64,000 nt of DNA from Azolla caroliniana. Its lineage: Eukaryota; Plantae; Polypodiophyta. The position numbers were made by a program, and so were the translations under genes. The notes beneath the pieces are model-generated. The model was not told where the DNA came from, did no database searches, and saw only the letters and a list, made by a program, of their open reading frames with translations. Positions 25,813-35,728 of this stretch are shown piece by piece; the first letter of the stretch is position 1; each line of letters starts with the position of its first letter. The stretch lies in NCBI GenBank assembly GCA_043228905.1, contig JBHGNT010000012.1, positions 12,028,001 through 12,092,000 on the forward strand. Reading direction: 5' to 3'.

Positions 25813-27300
25813 TGTCATGAAGAAAACCGTCCCTAGGCGGAAACCGAGTTTAGCATGTGTAAACCGGCCCTTACGCGCGAGCACACTTTTCGTTGTATAG
25901 TAAGTAGGTAGGTACAAGTCGGCTGAGGTGAAATCCTAGGTAGCATGCATTCAATAGGGAGAGAATCGAATTGTATCTCTGTCCGAAAGGACAGAGAATT
26001 AATATGATGTAACGGATGATAACGGCCTCCCTCCTTGGGCTATAAAAGAGAGGGAGAGGAATGAAAAAGGGATCGCGCGTTAGAGAGGACGAAGTGCTGC
26101 CGGACTGGGACCGAGCCCTTCTCCTCTGCCACTCTCCATAGCCATTTTTGTGCAGGTTTTCGGGAGGCTGACTCTGCTCCGTGGAACGCCCGTGTGCTTC
26201 TGGCAGAGTCTCCATCTCGCTCTTCTGTGTGTGTGAGTGAACAGGTGTCGGTGTCCGCCTTGCCGGCCTGTTAATTGTAACCGTCTTGATATATATATAC
26301 ATTTATATACATACGTGTTTATATACTCGGACTTCTAGTCGTCTCGTTTTGCTGTGTTGTTGGATTGTGATTCCTGTGTGCTCCCGTGTCTGTGCGTGTG
26401 CAAGTGCGTCTGTTGCCTTTCCGTTCTCCTCCTTCTCAGCTATTTCTCGGTCCAAGGCCCCGATGGTCCCGCCTCGTTCTACACGCACGCGCGTAACAAC
26501 GCGACATATTTGGTGAATCCGATGTGAACAGGTGGCAGAGGAATAGAAAGATGAAGGGGTCGGATCTCGCGGAAGCCATGGTTTCGGCTGTGGATCGGAT
26601 AGTGAGTGCGCGCGAAGGCGCAGGTGCCCTCGATAGGGCTATTGAAGCGGTCGTCGGCACGATAGGCCGGTTCGGTGGGAAGGACACCACGACCTATTTG
26701 GAGGCCTACCGGGCCGAGATGGTAATGAGAGACATTCCGGAAGAAAGGCGACTGACCGAATTCCCTCGGGTGGCGATGCCGGGCATCCATGCGGAGGTGC
26801 TTGAGGTATGGGCTGAGAGTCGGACCTGGGAAGAGTTTGAAAGTCGGCTCCTCGAAAAATACGGGCTTGATGACGTGCTTCGGCTCTCGAAACGGGACTT
26901 CATGGAATGGGTAGAGACCCTCGAAAAGGGGAGAAACGTGTCGGTGCTCCTCCGGGAGTTTGAAGAACGCTTCCCGCGTCTTTCGGCGCTCGACCAGACC
27001 GTACTAGACACAAGTCGCGTTCTGCTGTTCGTTAAGTCGGTTGATGCGAGGGACCGGGAGCAAGTGGGTCTCCTGCTTGAGATTGATGACGGGCTGACGG
27101 CCGACTGGGCTGTGGTGAAGAGAGTCTGTGGCCGTTTCGACAAACAGTGAGAGTGGGTCGATAAAGGATCAATAGGGGCGGGCTCTGTCGCGGCAAGGAA
27201 ACTCGAGCCAACCCCGCCAGTGCGAAGGGAAGAGACTTGAGACTGGCTTGAGACCGGATCGACTTCGACCGGCATGGTCAAAGGCTCGTCCGGAGGAGCA

Positions 27301-27888
27301 GCTCTAGAGGAGCTGACTAGGATGGTAAGGGACCTCCAGATTGCACAGGCACGGAGGGATAACGGCGATCAGGCCTGTGACCGAAGGCCTCTGGCTGGAA
27401 ACCGGTGTTTGTGGTGCGACGCGGTCGGCTACGTCCGGAAGGACTGCGGAGACTTCTCCGAGGCAATGAGAGCCAACGTGGTGTACTTATGGAATGGTCG
27501 GGTGCATGCTAGCGAGAACCGAAGGGCCCTGGACCTGAATGTCGGACGGGGGGGTATGAAATGGCTGATGGAAGAGACGGTGGCTCGCGGAGGAGCTCTA
27601 GAGGAGCTGACTAGGATGGTAAGGGACCTCCAGATTGCACAGGCACGGAGGGACGACGGCGATCAGGCCTGTGACCGAAGGCCTCTGGCTGGAAACCGGT
27701 GTTTATGGTGCGACGCGGTCAGCCACGTCCGGAAGGATTGTGGGGATTTCGCCGAGGCAATGAGAGCCAATGTGGTGTACCTATGGAATGGTCGGGTGCA
27801 TGCTAGCGAGAACCGAAGGGCCCTGGACTTGAATGTCGAACGAGGGGGTACGAAATGGCTGATGGAAGAGACGGCGGCTCGCCACGCG
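27301..27888 (+). repeat. 294-bp in-frame tandem duplication in gag of element A, duplicating the zinc knuckle
   Basis: gctctagaggagctgactagg at 27301 and 27595; the 98-aa unit is repeated in ORF 27274..28143. Confidence 0.93.
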
Positions 27889-30069
27889 GAGACCGTCCAC
27901 TACTCGGCGTCGGCTGGGATCCGGGTTGGAGGTGGTGATGAGGCTCGGAAGAAGAACGAAGTCGGATTCTGGCCGCTGATGCTGGAAGGCCTCGCCGGTG
28001 CACGGCTAAGGAAAGAAGAAGCGGACCGCGCGGAGAAACGGGTCCGGGAGGTAACTGGGTGGAGTGACCCAGTCGAAGAGAAGACGGGCTCGTTGAAGCT
28101 GCATGCCAAAACTATGAGGCTCTGGTGGAAGACAAGCAAGTAGGTAAAACCGGAGGGGCCGAGCCCTTGCAACGGTATGAGACCTGATTCGGTCAAAGGC
28201 AGAATGAGGCCCGTGCGACTGGCGCACCGGATAAAGCCAAGAAGGCCGGGTACCGGTTGAGCACGGAAATCGAAAGGACCACGGACCTGCGAAAGGTCCT
28301 GGAGGAACGTATCCTCCACAGCAAACTGGAGCTGTCGCTGAGGGAAGTGCTCGGGATCGCCAAGAAGGAGTTCCACGACTCCATCGTAGACTTGGTGAAG
28401 AGAAAGAGGCTGTCGACAAAGCCAGAGCCGGAGAAGCCGGTGGAAGTGCGAACGACACACATAGAGGACATGGTGCTAGAAGACGAGTTGGCGGAGAGCC
28501 ACTATTCGAGGCCGCACTGGGCCAGAGCGACCACACAGACCCTTGTTAAGATCGGGGATGTCCAGGAGCCGGTGGTGGCGTTGGTGGACCACGGGTCAGA
28601 AATCAACTTGATGTCCATGGACTTCTACAAAAAGGGGAAATGGCCGATGAACACCAAACATGGCTGGAAAATACGGGCAGCGACGCGCGCCACGGAAGAA
28701 CTACATGGAGCCTGCCCGAACGTACTGGTGAAAATCGGCAATGTCGAGATCGACCAACACTTCTTCGTGGAGGAGATGTCCTCACATCCGGTTATACCAG
28801 GAGAATCATACATCACAGCGGCCTAGATGGAGACCAAGGTGCTGGACAACGGTTTGGCCTATGCAAGAGTCAAGAGCCAGGACGGGTGTCACTCGGTCCA
28901 GTTCCTGACGGTGCGACCAAACCATGAGCGTAACCGCGAGACCCTTGGTGGCGAAACTCGAGGGGATTTTTAGAGAGGACTATCAAGGCGTGGGGCCGCG
29001 ATAGTCCGGACACCCTGGAAAAACCCCACAAATGTACAGTAGGGAAGAAGACTTGTACCATAGGTAGGAAATTTTGGTTCTCCGATAGCGGGGGTTGTAC
29101 GATTGTCGGCGTCGTTGGCTGGGAGAAGAAGAGGGCGGAGGAGCGACTTTGGGCATGCAGAGTCCTCGGCCCTGGAGAGGAAATCACCGGAGCCATGGAG
29201 GCGGTCTCTTTCGATGACACCTTGGGACAGTTATGAGAAGTGGTCGGAGGAGGCCTTAAAGAGGACCGGACGATTCCGGTATGTTCGGAAGGGATGTACG
29301 AAGTCATCACCGACTTCTATAACGGGCTCGAGTCGGATCGGACGGCCCGCGTTGTCGTACCTTTCGGCTCCGGATCGTTGCGTGAGTCCGGTGGGAACAG
29401 CCGAGGTTTTTGACTAGGAGGAAGAGGAATACAACTTAAGGCTAGTTATGAACAGTGGAAAGAGAAGTAAGATAGCAATCTTGTGAATCCCACGAGTTTA
29501 GTGTATTTAAAACAATATTTAGATTATAAGAGTAATTTAGATGGCAAAATTCGTGAATCCCACGAATATATTAGATTGATCAATCCTTGTATATTAATCA
29601 ACAACCTTATACATATTTCTCTCCTCCTTATATAAAGATGGAAGAGGCTAAGCATGGCTTCATGCTTTTTCACAAAAAGTGTCCATGCACACTAAATGTG
29701 CATGTGATGCTTTGTCATTTCCTAAGTATAGGGCTCATGCACGCTAGATGTGCATGAGTCATTTTTAATGTCACGTGTAAATAAAATATTCACACCCTAA
29801 AGAATACATGATTTTTACCTTTTAATAAAGGTATGTGTAAATAAAGGTCTTATACGTATTAAATCTATATGTATAACACTAAAGATAAGTTATTTCAATG
29901 GTAAAGTTGAAGTTTATCTACGTGGAGGTGCAGGGTTTGAATCTTGCCCTATGCACGTGATAAATATTTTGACATATTATTTATTTATTTATATGTATCT
30001 AAATTCGGATATATTATTTTATGGTTTTCACGTAGTGTGTGGAATACACTACGACACTCGCCCCCTCCG

Positions 30070-33000
30070 AACCCGCACATCCTCCGGTATGTGCCGAAGT
30101 TCTCGATTCCTCATATCCGTCTTCACCAAAAACTTCCTCCGATTCTCCCCTTATGTCGACTATGAGTTGTAATTCACTTTCTTCGCTTCCCACATCACCG
30201 TGGTCTTCGTCCGATTGCTCCTCGTTGTCGGCCTTGGCTTGGATCACATAGCGTTTGTCGTCGGTCCGCTTCTTGAAAATCTTCACCGGCTTCCCGGCAC
30301 TCGTAGTATTGTTCCATCCAACTCGGACTGTCGGTACGTTTCGTTGTCGAAGACTTTCCGAACCTCGTATGGCCCGAACCACCTTTTCGTGAATTTCCGC
30401 ATCGTTGTATGTTGATGGTCCAAACTACTGTCATAGACAATCACCCAATCTCCTTCTTCAATCCTCCTCGGTCGTAGTCGGTGCTTTGTGTCGAACCGGC
30501 TTTTGTTCCGGAATCGTGCTTCTTGTTGTCAGCATATTGCTTCCGCTATGTCTGCCAGTCTTCCCTCTAGTTGTCGTATCTGGACCGCTAGTAGTTCTTC
30601 CCGGCTCATCTCTTCCTTCCACGGTAACACTGTCCATGTTGCGATCGAGGTTTCCGTCGGCATTACCGGTGCTTGTCCGGTCATGAGTTCTGCCGGCATG
30701 TAACCAGTTACGGAGCTATGCGTCGTCCGATCCGCCCGTAGTACATACGGAAGCATCTGTGGCCAGTCCTTCACCTTTCCATCGCATGCCTTTGCAAGTG
30801 CTTTCACGATCGGACTATGTCCTCGTTCGATTTTCCCGTTGGGCTCCGGATTGTATGCCGTTGTCAGCGTTAACCGAACTCCGTGTTTGGCGAAGAATCC
30901 TCTAGCTTTGTCCGAGTCGAGTTCTCCCCGGTCCGCAATCACTTGTCCTACGCACCAGTACCTGCAAAATACTTCCTCCAAAAGAAATTGGCATACCGCG
31001 GAACACGTTTTCCTCTGAAGCGCTCGACCTTCTACTTGATTCGTGAGATCTTCTCGAGCTAATACCAAGTATTTCTTTTGTCCGATCCCGGTCGGCATGG
31101 CCACTATGTCGACCATCCACTTGACGTTGATTGTCGGTGAGAATGTCGGATGTAACTCATCTCGATGTCGAACCCCGGAGTAGACTTGACATTTCTCGCA
31201 GCTTCCCGTGAACTCCGCGACATCTTTGTACATTTTCTTCCACCAATATTTTTGCTTGATCTTCACAAATGTTGCCCATGTTCCTCGGTGTCCAGCCCAA
31301 TCGGATTCGTGAAACTCGGACATTATTCAGTTTCGTTTCTCTTTTGTCCCGACTACTCGAAGTGGTATACCATCCGGTCTTTTCGGCGCCCTCCATATTA
31401 ATCCGTTTTCCAAGAAGAACTTTTGGACTTGCCTCTTCTTCCTTCGGATCTCGGCTCTTCTTCCTTTATCGTTTGTTGAATCCTCGGCCTCTTGTAACAT
31501 CTTTCTGATCATCAAGCTTTCTCCCTCGTATTCTTCTTCCCGGAATTCTCGGATTACGTTCACTTGGCATATGTGCTCCGACGCGAAGTAGTCTTCAGAA
31601 ACTTCTTCATTATCCGATTCGGTTATGTCGTCTCCGAACTGAGCCCTTGATAACATATCCGCTACCGCATTGTCCTTCCCCGAGATGTGTTGAACCTCCG
31701 GATTAAGCGACTTGACATATGCAACCCACCTTAGCATAGCTACATCCGGTATCGTACAACACCGCAACATCTCGAGTATCGGAAGACAATCCATCTCGAT
31801 CACCACTTCGGCTCCGATCAAATAATCCCGATCCGATTTTATCGCCGACACGACTCCCCACAGTTCTCTTTTGACTTGTGCATATCCACGTTGCCTTTCG
31901 TTGAGAACCTTTGCTCCAAATCGGATCGGATATCGCGAACCATCCGAGTCGGCTTGATTGATGACCCACCCGATACCGGTTGGACTTGTATCAACCATTA
32001 CTATGATCGGTCGGTCGTAGCTCAGCTTCTTAAGTGCTTCCGCCCGCCGAAGTGTCTTCTTCAATTTCTTCATGGCTTTGGTGTGTTCCGGTTTCCATTC
32101 GAATTTCTTACCTTTCCGCAACAAGTGGTAGAGCGGGTCCGCTATATGTGCATAGTGCGGAATCCATATGTGATAGAATGCACATGCACCGAGAAACCTT
32201 CGGACTTCGGATGTTGACTCGCATACTTCCTCCATAGCTTGAATCGCATCGATCTTTGTTGGTGACGGTCTTCGGCCGTAGGGCCCACATAGATGTCCGA
32301 CCACCAATATTTCTTCTTGCCCCAATGCCGATTTCTCCCCGGAAAGTGTTAGGTGCACATCTTCTAGCTTTCGCAACACTTTCTCGCAATCATGAATATG
32401 ATCGACCACGAACTTTCGACATCCCCGATCATCCATAGTCTCATCTTTTTCTTCTACCGCGCATCCTTTCATCGGAATGTCATCGAGGAACGGCATCGTT
32501 ATCTCCGGAATGCAGTCTTGAAGCACCTTGTTCATCGCGTTCATCATATGAGCAACCGAGTTTGTCGCTCCTTGTGGTAGTGTGCACATTCAGACTAATC
32601 CTATCGGTGTTCGCATGGTTGTGATGTCTTGGCTCTCCACGGCTAGTTGGAATTGGTCATACCCCGAGTATAGGTCTCCGATGGAGTATATCGCACGACC
32701 GGCAAAAGCTTCCGCAAATTCGTCCACTATCGGACCGACTCCTGAGTTCCGGATCGTGACCTTATTCACCGGTTGCAAGTCTTGGATAAATCGGAGTGAC
32801 CCATTCTTCTTCGGAACCGTAAACCATCGATTTGAGTACGGAGCAGTTGATGGCTCTAGAATCCCCATCGCCACCTTCTTCTTGAGCAAGTCAATGACTT
32901 TCGGAATATGCGCTCGTGGCACCAGAATCGGCTTCAGGTTCCACGGTACATGGTCAATCGTGAAGATCACCATCGGCTCTATTATTCTCGGATCGACGCA

Positions 33001-33648
33001 CCCTATCTCCCTTGATGTAAATGCAAACGCATTGCCGTGTTGCTCCAACATCTCGCGAAACCGTTCTTCTTCTTTTTGTAATAGGAACCCACCTCCACCG
33101 ATCCGAAGTTTCTTCCGGGTCTCATCCGTGAAGGCATGTACGATATCCACGGACTTCCGAAGTGTCGGATCTACCGAGACTTCTTTCCTCTTTTGTTCGC
33201 TATCGGCGGGTAGTGGTCCCGCAGCCGGTTTCACCTTCTTCTCCACTGTCTTGTATTTCGTACTTACCATTGCTTCTTCTTTGCGGAGCGTATCCAGCTC
33301 CATTTTCGCAATGATCTCGTACATCTCGACCGATTCCACCGGGACTACCCGGTTCCCTTGGATTTTATCTTCCGCAAGCTCTTCAAGTCGTTGTAGCGTG
33401 CTCCCATAGAACACTTCTTCGACTATCCCCACGATTTCTTCATATTCTTTTATTATTGATGCTGACCGCAACTTATCCTCCACTTGTCGGTATCCTTTCT
33501 TCAATCCTCCTGTTACGGTCGTGTACGTAGATGCCCCATCCGGACCGATTCGTACATGTTTTGCTCCGAGAGTTTTCTTCCTGTGTGGGGTATCAGGGCT
33601 TCTCGGACTATCACTTCCCCACTCCACAACAGTCCACTTTAAAAATCC
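30070..33648 (-). pseudogene. Element B ORF2: RT, RNase H, integrase; begins in the -1 frame relative to ORF1; a few lesions
   Basis: ORFs 32590..33627, 31327..32589 and 30529..31323: FLDD, MVDTSPTG, H-H-CC zinc finger, DDE core; in-frame TGA at 32590-32592 where element A has an Arg codon. Confidence 0.9.
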
Positions 33649-35693
33649 ATTCTCACTTGGGACAAGAGTTCCCTCTTGTTCCTTTCGTGATTTGCTGGCA
33701 CCGTTAGGAATTGGACGGATTTCCCACCGTTTTGGCTCCGAATTCGCGCAAAAGCCGCACCGCTATCGAGCACCTTCGTCTTCATCCGTGATGCCGTGAT
33801 AAAGGGTTGGCCAAGGATGACAGAATGTGAAACCTCATCTTGCACGAAGAAATTTTGGTCGATCTCGACATCCCCGATCTTCACCGTCACATCCGGACAA
33901 GCCGCAAATAGATCTTCCGTTGCTTTGGTGGCCACCCGAATCTTCCATCCATGGTTGGTGTTAATAGGCCACTTCCCCTTCCGGTAGAACTCCTTGGACA
34001 TCAAGTTGATCTCCGATCCGTGATCAATCAATGCTAGCACGGGTTCTTTGATGTTGCCGATTCGGACCGGAGTCTCCGTAGTCGCGCGTGCCCAATGTGG
34101 CCTTGTATAGTGGGAGTTCGGAATTTCGTCCTCCACTTCGGCGTCGTTCATTAAAACGGTGTTCGCATTCACCCTTGGAGCATTTTCCTCCGTAGTTTGT
34201 CTTTTTCGCTTCACGAGATCCACGAGAAGATCGTGGAACTCCTTCTTTGCTATTCTGAGTAGCTCCCGAAGCGAGAAATCTACTCGGCTATCCAAGATCC
34301 TTTCCTCGAACACTCTTTTCAAGTCGGTTTGTTGTTCTATGTCCGAGGCGAGCTTGAATGCCAGAGTTGCCTTTTCTTTTTCCTTACCTCCAGAGTTCCA
34401 GCTTTTCGGTATCTTCGATGGCCCGCCTGCATCCTCCGTGCGTCGTCGTTTCTCGTCCACATACACCTTATGCAATTGACACAGGGCGTATACGCTATTC
34501 TTGTCGACAGGGCACTCCCATCCTGTAGCTTCCCGGACGCCTTCCGCGGTGCTTCGGATCTCGTTGGAGTCGGTTTTCTCGGTGTTTTCTAGAACTTCCG
34601 GCCAAAAAGATGTCTTTGCTCTCGATGACTCCCCGACACATATTCCCGCGGTTGTCGCATAGTTGCTTCTTGCCGCCAATTCCTCCTCGAGCACCTTCTT
34701 CATGCCGCCTTTCCGGAAGTTTGGTCGGAGTGGCTTCCGAGAGTCCATTGAATGAATCCGGTTTCCCTCGTAGTAGATGAGATCCCGCCGTAGCGCCTCC
34801 TTATGCTCGTCGCAATCCCTCCGATCGTGTTTGGCGCTATCGCACCATATGCACCGTCGGTCCATATACCTGGAGCTTGTGGGGCGGTCATTCGACTTCT
34901 TCACCATCGTGATCTTCAGATTCTCCATCTTCTTTAATAGTTGCTCCACCATAGATGCATCAATCCCCTTCTCGGTTGTAGTCTCCCGAGCCCTCGGTTG
35001 ATGGTCTTCCAATTCGTTTCTCGGTTTCAGAATCGGTTTCGGAATCGGTTTCGAAACCCTCTTTTCCTCGTTGGCAAGCCATTGCCCCCTCTTCGTGTAT
35101 CGCGCGACGATATCCCGCATGCTTTCCCATGTTTCGGTGAGGCCACTCTCCGTGGTCATGTCCTCCAAGAGCATTCCGAGATCTTTCCGGTCCCAGACGT
35201 CCACGGCTCGCAAGAACATGATCACCTTGTCCGGTACGAGGATAGCTTGATCTCTCGCGGACAACCTCCCGAACCGGCTTTCGAATGCCGAAAACACATC
35301 AACGACCTTCAATCCCTTGTCCGGCGTCTCCACCCAATCTTCGAATCCCCTTCGCGTCGCCTTGGAGGAATCCTTGATGGCGAATGTCCTCTTTAGCTCT
35401 TCTTCAAACGCCTCCCATGTCGAATTTTGCTGTCGTAGCCCATGGATGCTTGCTTGAAGCCCGTCGGTCGCCACCTGGTTGAAGGACGTCACTTGCAGTC
35501 CTTCCAATATTCCGCACCGTAGCATCTCCGCCTTGTAGTCCCAAAGATACCGCGACACATCTTTCCTGTTGAATTGCCCGTTTCGTTGCACGAGCCGCTC
35601 CACTGATGCCGCTATCTCCGACATCGCGCATTGTTCTTGTAGCATGCGCTCGAACATCATCGTCATGTTGCTAGCCTCCGGTTGATTTTCCAT
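33639..35693 (-). CDS. Element B ORF1: Gag plus aspartic protease, 684 aa, intact
   Basis: Zinc knuckle CIWCDSAKHDRRDC; protease LALIDHGSEINLM...ILGQPF. Confidence 0.9.
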   Translation of the reverse strand: MENQPEASNMTMMFERMLQEQCAMSEIAASVERLVQRNGQFNRKDVSRYLWDYKAEMLRCGILEGLQVTSFNQVATDGLQASIHGLRQQNSTWEAFEEELKRTFAIKDSSKATRRGFEDWVETPDKGLKVVDVFSAFESRFGRLSARDQAILVPDKVIMFLRAVDVWDRKDLGMLLEDMTTESGLTETWESMRDIVARYTKRGQWLANEEKRVSKPIPKPILKPRNELEDHQPRARETTTEKGIDASMVEQLLKKMENLKITMVKKSNDRPTSSRYMDRRCIWCDSAKHDRRDCDEHKEALRRDLIYYEGNRIHSMDSRKPLRPNFRKGGMKKVLEEELAARSNYATTAGICVGESSRAKTSFWPEVLENTEKTDSNEIRSTAEGVREATGWECPVDKNSVYALCQLHKVYVDEKRRRTEDAGGPSKIPKSWNSGGKEKEKATLAFKLASDIEQQTDLKRVFEERILDSRVDFSLRELLRIAKKEFHDLLVDLVKRKRQTTEENAPRVNANTVLMNDAEVEDEIPNSHYTRPHWARATTETPVRIGNIKEPVLALIDHGSEINLMSKEFYRKGKWPINTNHGWKIRVATKATEDLFAACPDVTVKIGDVEIDQNFFVQDEVSHSVILGQPFITASRMKTKVLDSGAAFARIRSQNGGKSVQFLTVPANHERNKRELLSQVRMDF

Positions 35694-35710
35694 CTCCTTG
35701 CCACCCGGTC

Positions 35711-35728
35711 TTCACGTCGGGTTCACCA
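35711..35728 (-). promoter_or_regulatory. 18-nt PBS complementary to the 3' end of plant cytosolic tRNA-Trp (TGGTGAACCCGACGTGAA)
   Basis: 4 nt from the 5' LTR; identical motif at 61686-61703 (+) and a 2-mismatch copy at 26511-26528; tRNA identity from memory of ...UUCACGUCGGGUUCACCA. Confidence 0.85.

Noticed and set aside
32582-33409. Long antisense ORFs over pol and gag regions (also 26706..27281, 39603..40346, 44804..45478)
   Set aside because: Shadow ORFs of GC-rich coding sequence with no recognisable domains.
35711-35728. Possible tRNA genes at the tRNA-like motifs (also 38591-38607, 47380-47396, 61686-61703)
   Set aside because: Only 17-18 nt matching a mature 3' end including CCA; no cloverleaf or A/B boxes.
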